Source: Octopus bimaculoides (taxonomy: Eukaryota). From it: DNA of 36,242 nt. The position numbers were made by a program, and so were the translations under genes. The stretch covers positions 62,217,724 through 62,253,965 of the forward strand of contig NC_068993.1 of the NCBI RefSeq assembly GCF_001194135.2, written 5' to 3'. Positions 12,332-24,384 of the stretch are shown one piece after another; positions within the stretch are counted from its first letter, which is position 1; every line of letters begins with the position of its first letter. The notes under the pieces were generated by a model, which worked only from the letters and a program-made list of their open reading frames with translations, was not told the origin of the DNA and did not search any database.

Positions 12332-12775
12332 CACACGCGCGCGCGAATACGTATACATACATATATACATACATACATGTATAAGCATGTATGTACTATG
12401 TATATATGCATGCATGCATGTACGTATCTATGTGTGTATGTATGTCTGTCTATCTATCTATCTATAGATGTATGTGTATATATGTGTTATCTCTTGATAA
12501 CATTCTGAGTCTTTTAAGAGATTAGAATAACAGATACATGCATACATACATACATACATACATACATGCATACATACATACACACATCTGATATTCTTTT
12601 TCTCTGCTTGTATATATGTGTGTAAATGTGAGCTTGTGTATGTGTGCGTGTGTGTTTGTGTGTGTGCGTATTCAGTAGTTCTTTTAAAGTGTCTTGTTAT
12701 TAATCTAACATCAGTTACATTATTCGTAATTGCGTTTTCACAACTTACATTAGCAACATCCTACTCTCTCTCTTA

Positions 12776-12837
<62 letters not shown>

Positions 12838-13209
12838 CATGTATATATATATACACCATAGGATAAAACAATACCAAAACAAAACTCCAACTGCATTACA
12901 AGAACGGAAACACTGACACAATGATGTAGATTTAGACGCATGCTCTATCCTGTAATAGAAGTTAATTACCCACCGAACATCGATCCATATACCGAGTCAC
13001 GTGTCGTCGCCGCTATATTGTTCATGCGTACATGAATTAACCTCGTCAGCAAAATGGAAAACAAGAAAGTTGGTTTGTAATGATTAAATACTGATCACCA
13101 CATAATTATGGAAATTTTGGCGAAAATGGAAATGACTCTCTTAAAATGCGTAGATACAATATGAGAAAAAGAAGAAAAGAACCAAGATTATTATGAAATA
13201 AACGCAAAC

Positions 13210-13352
13210 GTGGCTATGTGGTTGAGAAGATTGCTTCCCAACCACGTGGTCTCTCGTTCAGTCCCACTGTGTGCAACTTTGGGCATGTGCTTTCTATTCT
13301 AACCCCGGACCTATCAACGCTTTGTCAATGGATGTGGTAGGTAGAAATCGGT
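13210..13352 (+). mobile_element. SINE family A, 5' half, diverged
   Basis: GTGGCTATGTGG...GTTCAGTCCCACTG...TTTGGGCATGTG, homologous to 5041-5197. Confidence 0.8.
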
Positions 13353-14679
13353 AGGGTTGGCATATTTAGAATGGCAATTTTTAACGAGATGACGTGATTT
13401 TAATTCTAATCTGAATCTTTATTTTAGTCCCGTGGGATATACACAACAGAAATAATTTGTTCCTTGTTTGAATTGTTAATGAGCTCAACTTCAAAAGATC
13501 TCTGTTTTAATCAGTAAAAAACATTTAATACATAAATCCATCTCAATGTAGTTTAGAATTAAGAAGTGTGCAGTTGGCAGCAATTAAGACACCAGTTGGT
13601 GTCTCTTTTTCTTTCTAGCTCTATCTCTTCACACACACTCACTCATATAAACATATATACACCATAGATGAACACGTGTTCGTATACGTGCGCACGCATG
13701 TTTATATAAAAGTAATAGACTGAACGCCAATTTCTTCACAAGCTCTAATTTGACACTTTCTCATTTCTCTCTCTAGCTCTCTTTCGTCGCTTCCTTTTTA
13801 TTCCCCCTCCCCATTTCACCCCCCTTCTTTCTCTGAGAATATTCATGCAACACAAATCATTATGGCGACTTTCTGTTGACTTCCGTTCCTACCGCCTCTG
13901 TTGCTCTAATCCCATTAGAAACCTCATTTACAACACATAGTTCTCTTTTCCTTCCAGCCATTGCTATTCATTCGCTGAGTCTACTCGAATATGTTACGTA
14001 CATATAACAAGTAAATTAATTTCGATTTACTATTTTGGCTTCAACTCCTATTTACAGAATAACAATAATTATAATTAGATTCAATAGTGAACCTTTGCTA
14101 TCAAATCTAGGTTTGACTTCATTTTATTGACATTTAATCTATGCATGGTTCACTTGACTCATTAACATCGAATTCAGTGTGATAATTTTCATTTTGATCA
14201 TATAATTTCTATAGTTTTCCTGTATATAAAATCAATAATTCGTTGTTGATTGCTTTCAATATACTCCCCCGCTGACCAAAGTTCGAGTCGCCTGTTGATT
14301 CCCTGGTGTAGTTATTTAATTTATTTATTCGGTTTCATGTACAAAACACTCGTGATTTAATGCGATGTCAGCCATGTTAAATAATCAACACTAACTTTCC
14401 CTGTAATGCAGAAGATATCTGCATATGCAAGGGAAAAAAATAATTTTATAGAGTGGCCTTTAAATGGAGCCTGATCCACAACCAAACGAATAGCGGACAA
14501 ATTTCCCCTTAAATCCCACCACGTCGTCTTAAAAAGAACATCACATTGGAGAATATATAGACAGAGATATATTACATTTGGAAGATGGAACTGTCACGAA
14601 TGGAATGCTTCTGATAATAGGTTCGTCTCAGAATTAGCTTAAAACTGATTATGTACAGACGATAATACGGACTGTATAG

Positions 14680-14850
14680 CATCATCACCATCGTCATCAT
14701 CGTCGTCATCATCGTCGTCATCATCATTATCATCATCATCGTCGTCGTCGTCATCATCATCATCATCATCATCATCAACAACAACAACAACAACAGCAAC
14801 ACCAACAACAACAAAAACAACAACAACAACAACGACCACGACAACAAGAA
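14680..14850. repeat. Compound trinucleotide tract, (CAT/CGT)n grading into (CAA)n
   Basis: Read directly; explains the poly-D/M/V/L ORFs. Confidence 0.95.
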
Positions 14851-15588
14851 CTATAATTAAAGTTGAAAAGGCTGAAAGCCAGGTAGAATTCTGGTTGAAT
14901 CTTATTATTGAGTAATTTTTCCAAGGATCGTGTTTCGGTTTGTGGCTGGAACATTTCTGTTTTGTTTATGTTCCAAATTCCTTTGGGAACTATACAGTTA
15001 TTTACTTATACGTCATCAAAATGAATACAATTAATCGCTAATTGCTCGGTAGCTGTAATTATGTAAATTGAAGCAAAGTTCCTAAGAGCAAAGTGGAGTT
15101 CCTGTTTGTAAGTAAGGCACAGTTACTTGTAGCAATGAAAGGCATGGTTCCAATTTGTAAGTCAAAGTACGCTTCTATGTCCCTAACTTATTTGAACCGA
15201 TCTAAAAAGTTTGCTTGATTCACAACACTGCTTCACGTATCTACTACATTATTTGTCACCGCCTGGCGGCGTCGCACGCAGTCATTGTGTGATTTTTTTA
15301 CTGGTTTTCTACAAGAAAGCCATGACTTTCAAAGTAATTCCAGGATTGTCTCCCTCGGTATCTGGTGCTGATGATGACTAATGAGCTTGAAATGCACTGA
15401 CTGCTCTACAGAGGGCGCCCTGATATGTCCGTTGGTGTTTTAACACGTGCTGTCTAAAGCGAGAATTTTCTCCGCAGCAAACTGCAGTGAAAATGGCTTT
15501 TTACAGATCAAATATGTCCCAAGATGTTTGAACTGACCGAAAAATTTGTTGAAAATTTATATTTATGACATTTTCATTAAATAATAAC

Positions 15589-15765
15589 ATATATTTTCCT
15601 GTATACAGGTCGAGGTAATGTAAAATCATTCAAATATCGCCATTATCTTTCAAGAGCCTGTTGCCTTTCACATGAAAATTTTGGTCCTTCAAAATCGCTT
15701 TGACCTATCGTTTTTTGCTGTCAATTTTAGTCGGAAAAACTCAACCTGTACGACGGAAAATACGA
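15589..15765 (-). mobile_element. pogo/Tigger-like MITE, degraded, same family as 22756-22960 in opposite orientation
   Basis: Imperfect TIRs of about 25 bp (TATTTTCCTGTATACAGGTCGAG / CTCAACCTGTACGACGGAAAATA). Internal blocks TTTCACAT..AATTTTGGTC and CGTTTTTT.GC.GT.AATTT match the reverse complement of the 22.8 kb copy. Confidence 0.65.
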
Positions 15766-16252
15766 TTTTTGTACGCGTAATGGTCATAGTAGCTATTACT
15801 TTATTAGTAAGTGTAAACTAAAGGTAACGATTGTATTTTAGAGATGAGAGAATGTAGGTAAACGCACTGTACAAAATATAATGTGCTGATATTAAATATC
15901 CATTCTTAAATATCCCATAATATCATTTTGTACATAATATATGCATTCATGAACTTTCTACCATGTTTTGTTCATTCGATGGTGTCTGTCGGCTGATTCC
16001 TTTGAGATGAAATATTTACATGTTCCAGTGATGTTTAAGTTTTCTTATCTCATTGCTACTGTTGACGGCTTTTCACTCAAGCAGACATACCTCACATTCA
16101 TAATGAATGCTAAATGAGGTGTTTTACTTTGAACGCTTGCCAGCGGCAACGTCGTTGGAGATATAGATAAAGCCTAATGTCTTCGAGGGCAATCGGAACC
16201 GAATGAATGTCACTCTGTCTGCTAGTAGTTAACCTCTTGCACACGGTTCTCA

Positions 16253-16265
16253 AGAGAGAGAGAAA

Positions 16266-16321
<56 letters not shown>

Positions 16322-16342
16322 GAGAGAGAGTGAGAGAGAGAC
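16253..16342. repeat. (AG)n tract
   Basis: Read directly. Confidence 0.95.
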
Positions 16343-16403
16343 ACACACAGATACACACATGCACTCACTCTCACATTAATACGTTTATACATAGATATTT
16401 ATA

Positions 16404-16846
16404 NNNNNNNNNNNNNNNNNNNNNNNNNNNNNNNNNNNNNNNNNNNNNNNNNNNNNNNNNNNNNNNNNNNNNNNNNNNNNNNNNNNNNNNNNNNNNNNNN
16501 NNNNNNNNNNNNNNNNNNNNNNNNNNNNNNNNNNNNNNNNNNNNNNNNNNNNNNNNNNNNNNNNNNNNNNNNNNNNNNNNNNNNNNNNNNNNNNNNNNNN
16601 NNNNNNNNNNNNNNNNNNNNNNNNNNNNNNNNNNNNNNNNNNNNNNNNNNNNNNNNNNNNNNNNNNNNNNNNNNNNNNNNNNNNNNNNNNNNNNNNNNNN
16701 NNNNNNNNNNNNNNNNNNNNNNNNNNNNNNNNNNNNNNNNNNNNNNNNNNNNNNNNNNNNNNNNNNNNNNNNNNNNNNNNNNNNNNNNNNNNNNNNNNNN
16801 NNNNNNNNNNNNNNNNNNNNNNNNNNNNNNNNNNNNNNNNNNNNNT
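16404..16846. other. Assembly gap
   Basis: N run. Confidence 1.
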
Positions 16847-16955
16847 GGAGCCTGGTGTTGCCATCCGGTTTCACCAGTCCTCAGTCAAATCGTCCAACCC
16901 ATGCTAGCATGGAAAGCGGACGTTAAACGATGATGATGATGATGATGATGATGAT
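16847..16955 (+). mobile_element. 3' end of retroposon family C (SINE or LINE tail) with (GAT)n tail
   Basis: GTCCAACCCATGCTAGCATGGAAAGCGGACGTTAAACGATGAT is shared with 35891-35940 and ends in a simple-repeat tail. Confidence 0.8.
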
Positions 16956-17772
16956 ATATATATATATATATGTATGTATATATATACGGCAGGAATATAG
17001 GAGATGAAAGTCATGGGTAAGAATATAAGAGATGCTACACAGATGGTAGTCGAACCAAGAAAGAAAAGTCAGACTTGGCCGAACACCGGTCACGGGGAAG
17101 GTGAGGAGAGAGGTAGGGGTAGAGGGATCTGCAAACATCTATGTTCTTTATTTGTGGATAAATGAAGAACAATGAGAAGAATCGTGCGGCAAGGGAATGG
17201 AAAGCTGAATCTATTTTGCGCCATTTATACAACCCAGCTAATGCCCTTTCACACGATATTGGTAAATAAATAAATAAATAAATAAATAAAAATAAATAAT
17301 AAATGAATAGCAGACAGCAAAAGCACTACAGACTCCAACAGGAAACTAATGATGGCCAATCCTCGAAGGATAGATGCAGCTATAAGGTTAGTTTCATTGT
17401 TTAAGTTTGCGTGAATGCAGGCAATCAACCAAAATATTGCTAATTTGATCATCAATAACCAATTACGAGTGTTGATCACAGAAGCCCACTAAGTCTGACA
17501 CCTGTCATCTATTGCAGTATCATCTTCTAGCCAAAGCGTTATACAGCAGCAAAACAACATTGGTGAATGTGGATATACTCTATCGTATACTCTGAGTAAT
17601 TTTAGTCGGAGTAAGATGTCGGCAAACAGATACTCGATATGAGTTAATGTTAAATCCATATCACTTGTGAAAATAAAAATGTACCATTTAGAAACAAATT
17701 GAGGTCACACATTAAATTACATTTCTCAAATTCAAAATTTGTGACTTAGTATTTGGATAAAATAAACTAATA

Positions 17773-17963
17773 TTAGTTTCAAATTGTGGTTCGGGGTCGT
17801 AATTTCGGGGAGGTAGGTAAGTCGAGTAGATCGACCTCAATGTTCAACTGGTACTTATTTGTACTTATTTTATCGATTCCGACAAGACGAATATTAAAGT
17901 CGACTTCAGCGGAATTTGATCTCAGAACGCAAAGATGGATGAATCGCCGTTGAGCATATTCAG
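17773..17963 (-). mobile_element. SINE family B, diverged
   Basis: Homologous to the reverse complement of 22058-22274. Confidence 0.8.
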
Positions 17964-18017
17964 TGAAACACATGTATTTTACAGCTGCTTAATTTTTTAC
18001 CTACTTAAACACATATA

Positions 18018-18211
18018 CTTTTCTACTCTAGGCACAAGGCCTGAAATTCTGGAGGAGGGGGCCAGTCGATTAGATCGACCTCAGTGCGCAACAGGTACTT
18101 AATTTATCGACCCCGAAATGGTGAAAGCAAAGTCGACCTCGGCGGAATTTGAACTCAGAACGTAAAGACAGACGAAATGCTGCTAAGCATTTTTGCCTGA
18201 GAAAACTAACG
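18018..18211 (-). mobile_element. SINE family B, lacking the extreme 5' end
   Basis: High similarity to the reverse complement of 22058-22274. Confidence 0.9.
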
Positions 18212-19630
18212 TATCTATTGCAATGGATACTACACCTGTCAATGAGTGCAGACCACTCAGGAACTTAGATTAATTAAGAAGTGAATGAGGGTCACCAATA
18301 AGAGTGCAACTGATCTTTGGTAACTCCGGTGACTCGGTAAGTACGAGTATATTAGCCCTCATCCTACAGCCTGTGTATAGTGACTGTTCGATTACACTAC
18401 ATTTTAGTGATAGGCGTTCACTGATTCGGTAATTTCAAATAAAATTCTGTAAACATTTCTTAGATACGCCTTCTACTTAAAAAGCATCAGTCTTAATATA
18501 GTGCTCAAATTAAAGAAGAAAATATAAAATCCAGTTTTTAATCAATGGACATTTCGAAAATGTCTCCATTGCCTTTGAGCAGAATTGTAATTAACAGTGA
18601 TGATTTTCATTTCATTACAGGTGTAATTTTAATTGATTAATTTCTATTTTGCTCGCTACATTATGTATATTAGCCCACAATAAAATATTTTATTTTTTGG
18701 CCCAGAAGGCAAACCTTCGCAATTTTCCCATCTCATTATATTAACCCATTGACTGCGTAATTAAATTTCACGGTCATTGCCCTACTATCCGCCTAAAAAA
18801 ATAGAATTAATAATTTCTGCTTCTGCAATATTCTTTCAGTATTTCCTGGAGATACGGTTTTCATATCCACCACAAAAAGTATTGGATTCTTGCTCTGTAA
18901 AAAGACAGTTCATGAAATATATGAAAAAAATCTGAAAAATTGTATTTTTTAGAAAGTGTCTCAAAGGGTGTCTCCGCTCCCCGCAGCAAAAAATCTTTTT
19001 CAAAGCTATGGTGTAAAACCTTTTTCTGCAGTTAACAGGAATTAAGTTTGGAGCGCATATATTCGCTTTGCACGATGAAAGAGTTAAATTTGCCAATCAG
19101 TGAATGATTATTTTTTTGTATATTATTTTTCTAATCGACTACAACAGTTCTGGCAAGTAAAAATAAAAGTATACTTTAACTGAAGTGGTCCAACAAGACC
19201 GACGCAGTTCAACTGAACATAAAATAATACATGCACGCATAAACAGCAGCAGCAGCAGTGCAAAAGTGTGCTGGACTGCACACTACCAGAGACAGATGTA
19301 AAGGAACAACAATCGTCACGTTTTGCACGAGTTGACGTTGCACTAAAAGAATGTAAACATGTCTAGGAAAAGACTAGACGTGAAGGAAGTACGAAATGGT
19401 TAAACACCCATGCTGTATTTCATAGAAGAACTCACTGCAAGTCAGAGACGCATCGTGGCTCTTAGTTAAGATCGTATATGTTTTACTTAGAACAATGGGT
19501 CCATGTATTGAATGTAATCGTCTACTAAGAAGATAGTCACGAATAAGCGAGTAACCGTGAGTGTTTACTGACTGTATAAGTATAAGTATACACACATGCG
19601 TTACACAGACACACTCTCATATACTCAAAC

Positions 19631-19674
<44 letters not shown>

Positions 19675-21925
19675 AGGCCACTGGTAGTAAAAATTTCTGA
19701 TATAAAAAATTTCTAATATATATATAATTAAGGTCACCTCTTTCGTGTATAAATACTTAATTGTTTGTACACTATTATATATGAATAAATATATAATGAA
19801 TGTATATATGTATGTATGGGTATGTGTGTTAAGTACTGAATTAATTTTATATATTTTTTCTATCTACAGCTTTGAGACGTCACTGTGTTTAGTTACCAAA
19901 TAACTCCCGCTTAAATGTACATTCGTGGTTCTTGGTTATATACAACCATGCACGAGTGCATACATGCACACATGCACACATGCATATATATATAATTATA
20001 TATAAAAGTATATATTCATACACTTATAAATACATACGACGTTGTTTTTTAAAGAATGAACTAATACTATGCACATATGTACGGGCAACTGGAAATTTTA
20101 GGATTTAATATGTGAATTTTATGCATTTTTAATTCCTAATTCCTTTATTTCAATTCAAATTTCTAATCCAGTCAAATATTGTGAAGAAATGATTATCTCC
20201 CTTGTAATATTTGCGACCACTAGGGGGAAGACATCTGTTTGAAAAACTCTAGTTGGGTTTTCGAGACTATCCATTCAAACTGTTGTCGAGCGCTTTATGT
20301 TTACGATTAGTTGTCTGTTCCACTAAATAGCAAAGGGTTACTAATATGAAATAGCAGCTTGGAACCAATATTTACAGCTGAAAGACTACACCGGAAAACG
20401 GTTTGTGAATGGTTAGTGAAGCTGAAATAATTGGTTGCTATAAGAGATGTTCACGAAATAGAATTCTCTGGAAACAGTTATTATTAAGTATTTAACCCTA
20501 AGAACTATCTCTCTTCTTTCTCTATTGCTGAATTACAAATGTTCCATGAAGTAAAAAATCCTACATGCATTCCATGAATTCTCACCAGACCGTAATTATC
20601 TCTAAATTTAATAAAATGTTTCACTCCATACAATGTCTAATTAATAAGTCACGGGCTATATCACGCAGACGATTTCTAGAAAATGAAATAGTAAAATGCA
20701 TGATTATCACTGACTAGAAAAGTTAAGAATTTCTTAAAACAAAATATATGAAGAAAAAACAAAACAAAAAAAAACAGGATTAACTACGTGAATTCTATGT
20801 ATCTTTTAATTTCTTAATTTTATATTAAAATTTCTGATTCTGTCAACTATAATGAAGAAATGGTTATTATCTTCTTTGTAAAATCGGCAACAGCCAGTGG
20901 AAAGAGTCGTGTTTGACAAACGCCTTTGATTGAATAAAAGTTTCAATACAGGTAGATGATTTAAAATTTTTTATCGTACATAACGAGCATAAATAAAATT
21001 TCACTTATATTATATATATGCACGATCTCTCTACACACAAATAATATCTGTATTGTATCCATTTTTCTTTTCCCAAATATTTTTGCAAGCATATTCAAAT
21101 ATAACTATTTATAGAGATACGTATAGATATATACGCGTAAGCATACACAGAAGTACATTCGTATATACACATATATATGTAGATACATGTACATGTCTAT
21201 CCATCCATACATACATACATACAAATATACACAATCAAATACACGCCCGCAACACAATCTATAACCGTTTCTCAAGCTTAGCGGTTCTGACCTACAGACG
21301 ATATGAAGATTAGAGCAATGGCGTCAGTGTAGTAATTCTGAAACAAAGAGAAGGAAACGGAAAATATCTCCATTGTAAAAGTACATAAAAAATAAAGAAA
21401 CCAAAAAAATAAAACACCCCCTCCCCACAACAACAGACAAACAAAACAAACAAAGAAGAAAACGGAAAAAGAGCAGAAAATAATTTTTCAAAAACGTTTC
21501 ACTTTGATGCTGGAGCGAAAGATGAGAGAAATAGTTATCTTCCTGAGTTTTGCTTGCGGAGGAAAACGTAATGAAAAGGATCTGTGCAGATATGTAAAAG
21601 TAGTCCTTTCTTTGTAAGGATAGGCCACAGAGCCTCTGAGAAATATCTAATCAATCGAGTTTATCAAGTAGCAAGATTCATCTCACTGATTTTCTGGGAA
21701 TCATCATCAGTGATGTGGTATTGAATTTTACGTGTTTCGTGTTTCCGGTCATTTAGCATCAGACCTTGCCCGGTAGAGCCAGCTGAGGCTGATGAAGTCC
21801 CAGGATGCATTCCAGGAGCAGCAAAACACTCGTCTTCCCTATTTATTCAAATCCACTTAGTGGCCTTGTCTGCAACTGGAATTATAGTCGCCCCCATTGC
21901 TAGTTTTTTCTGACGATGTAACTAT

Positions 21926-22053
21926 AAGGCGGCGAGCTGGCAGAAACGTTTCGGGGTCGATAAGTTAAGTACCAGTTGCGTACTGGGCTCAATCTAATCG
22001 ACTGCCCTGCCTCCCAAAACATTTCGGGCCTTGTGCCTAGAGTAGAAAAGAAT
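21926..22053 (+). mobile_element. SINE family B with an internal deletion of about 90 bp
   Basis: The head AAGGCGGCGAGCTGGCAGAAACGTT is joined directly to TCGGGGTCGATAAG. Confidence 0.9.
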
Positions 22054-22057
22054 ATTT

Positions 22058-22274
22058 AAGGCAGCGAGCCTGCAGAAACGTTAGCACGCCGGGCGAAATG
22101 CTTAGCGGTATTTCGTCTGTCTTTACGTTCTGAGTTCAAATTCCGTCGAGGTCGACTTTGCCTTTCATCCTTTCGGGGTCGATAAATTAAGTACCTGTTG
22201 CGTACTGGGGTCGATATTATCGACTGGCCCCTCCCAAAAAATTTCGAATCCTTGTGCTTAGAATAGAAAAGGAT
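22058..22274 (+). mobile_element. SINE family B, full length
   Basis: tRNA-like head with B-box-like GAGTTCAAATTCC, central module, and tail ending TAGAAAAGGAT. Confidence 0.92.
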
Positions 22275-22327
22275 GTAATTATAAGCATGACTCTGTACTT
22301 GTATTATAAGTTCTAACGACATCACAC

Positions 22328-22468
22328 TGGTTTCAAAATTTGACACAATGTTAGTATATTAGGGGAGGAGGTAAGTCGATTGCATTGACCCCAGTGCTCA
22401 ACTGGTACATACTTTATTGATCTTGAAAGGATGAAAGTCAAAGTCAAGCTCTTCAGAATTCGAACTCA
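22328..22468 (-). mobile_element. SINE family B, 3' portion, diverged
   Basis: GTCGATTGCATTGACCCCAGTGCTCAACTGGTAC...GAAAGGATGAAAG is homologous to the family reverse complement. Confidence 0.8.
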
Positions 22469-22755
22469 TTAAGAAAATGACAGCGACATAATTGCTATCA
22501 AATGTGTTGGTAAAATAATTTGCACAGTAAACCTAAAGAGGGCTGTTTATCAAAGAAATTCACTGTATTTTCCCGTCTTTACCTGAGATTAAGGCATCAA
22601 GCACACTTATTTAATCGACGAGAAAAGAACTACGGTTGGATTTTATCAAAGGATCAATAATTTACTTAATTGATACGGTTTACTGTTATATACATGGCGA
22701 ACACCAAATAGAAGACCAATAACGGACGGGTTTTAGGAATCCAGTTCACCATTTA

Positions 22756-22960
22756 CTGTGTTTTCCGGCATGCAAGTTGAAATTTTCAGGCCGAAATTTA
22801 CTGCTAAAAAACGTAGGCCGTCTTATTCGCCAAGATGACATTGGAAGACCAAAAATTCTATGTGAAATGCGGCAAGATTTGCAAAAATAATGACGATTGT
22901 GAATGTGGTCTCTGCATTTTTACACCCTGTACTGCGTCAACTTGTATGCCGGAAAATTGG
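22756..22960 (+). mobile_element. pogo/Tigger-like (Tc1/mariner superfamily) MITE with TA target-site duplication
   Basis: TA-CTGTGTTTTCCGGCATGCAAGTTGA ... TCAACTTGTATGCCGGAAAATTGG-TA. TIRs of about 25 bp resemble CCGTATTTT-type Tigger ends. No ORF. Confidence 0.78.
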
Positions 22961-23530
22961 TATGTGAAGTTTAAATAAGAAGTGTTGAAAGATCGCTCTT
23001 AGAAAAGTAAGGAAAACAACGAAAACCAACTCAAAGTACATTGCAACAGACAATTATAAATAAATTTTAAAAAAGTTGAAGCAAAACATATATATTATTG
23101 AATACGCCAGAATAATTCGAAAGTGTGATATAAAACCAAAACTTAGGAAAGAAAAAATTTAAACAAATCGTATTGTTAAATGAGATTAATGTTGAGAACT
23201 GAACTCGCAGCTGAAATAATTTGTGAATAACACAACAGCTTCTGTGGCGATAATTAGACACAGCGAAAATAAGAATTAAATGAAGTGAAAGAACAGAAGA
23301 ACGAGAAGAATTGTGAAGAAAGTCAGATTATGAGAACATGAAGATTTGTTGTTGACAAATTATGCTTGTAATATCGAGTTAGGAAATTCGTTAAAAAATA
23401 AATGAATTAGGAAATAGGATTTCTAAAACTTATATTACAGAATTTTAAAAAGAAATAAACAGACTTAATAAATTTGTTGAGTTAAAGGATTCATAGGAAG
23501 CGAAGAGAAACAGCACTTTAGCTGTGAATG

Positions 23531-23580
23531 TATGCATGTATGTATGTATGTATGTATGTATGTATGTATGTATGTATGTA
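23531..23580. repeat. (TATG)n tract
   Basis: Read directly. Confidence 0.95.
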
Positions 23581-24010
23581 TAAAGATAGATCCATCCATC
23601 CATCCATACATACACACGTGTGTACATTCACCGAATATTAAATATCTGCATTTAATACACGTGCTTTTTAAGGATGGCAGATACGGAAAAAAATATGGTG
23701 ACTTCTTAAGACAGTATACCTTGGTTAAAATACTCACTCTTTTGACAAATATACGTGGGCCTATTTTTGTCTGACTTATGAATTCTTAAGCGAAACACAC
23801 ACACACATTTTCACACGAATGCATTTATATATATATAAACAATATTATGATTTTTTGCACAACGCATCATCACTCAGACATACTGATTAAATCTAAACAT
23901 GAGAAAGCCTTGCTGTGAAATAATTTAAATATAATTATAAAAATCAATTAATTATAGGAATATAGACATATTCTACCCTGTGCTATTCATCTGCGGAGTA
24001 ATGGCGGGGA

Positions 24011-24119
24011 AGCCTCCTGACGGATTGTTTTATGATTAGTAGAAGATCGCTCGTTACAGAAGACGTTGGTCATCTCTGATGATCGATAAACTAATCGTGA
24101 AACGGTCCGTTGCGAGGCT
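24011..24119 (+). ncRNA. Long G-U-rich hairpin; candidate structured ncRNA or pri-miRNA-like stem
   Basis: 24011-24040 pairs with 24090-24119 over 30 positions with 23 Watson-Crick pairs, 6 G-U and one C-C mismatch. An inner stem of about 15 bp follows. The fold is visible in the sequence; expression is unproven. Confidence 0.4.
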
Positions 24120-24131
24120 CACCCATTTTCT

Positions 24132-24278
24132 GCTCAAGCCAATGTTGGTGTGTTTACATCCCCGTAACTCAGCGGTTCGGCAAAAGAGAACGATGGAATA
24201 AGTACTAGGCTTACAAACAATAAGTCCTGAGATCGATTTGTTCGACTAAAGTTGGTGCTCCAGCATGATAAAAGAATA
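24132..24278 (+). mobile_element. SINE family A, 3' half
   Basis: GGTGTGTTTACATCCCCGTAACTCAGCGGTTCGGC...GGTGCTCCAGCATG is homologous to the reverse complement of 4012-4122 and 31384-31550. Confidence 0.85.
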
Positions 24279-24384
24279 CATATATATACACGCATACACA
24301 CACATATATGTATATATACATACGTACATATGTATATAAAAACATATATGTATATATATATATATATATATTGTTGAAATTTAC

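Noticed and set aside
17330-17560. Possible LINE endonuclease remnant on the minus strand
   Set aside because: The similarity needs several frameshifts and no diagnostic motif is intact.
18741-19086. TTAACCC...GAGTTAA suggestive of a piggyBac-type element
   Set aside because: The inverted repeats match poorly beyond the first few bases.
2648-23665. Several CACGTG E-box palindromes
   Set aside because: Scattered, modest in number, and partly produced by CA/TG repeat junctions.
24011-24110. Resemblance to U3 snoRNA (CUCCUGA and UGAUGAUCG) or to a SECIS element (AUGA...UGA)
   Set aside because: There is no box A or terminal box D at U3 spacing, and the SECIS register does not give a helix II.
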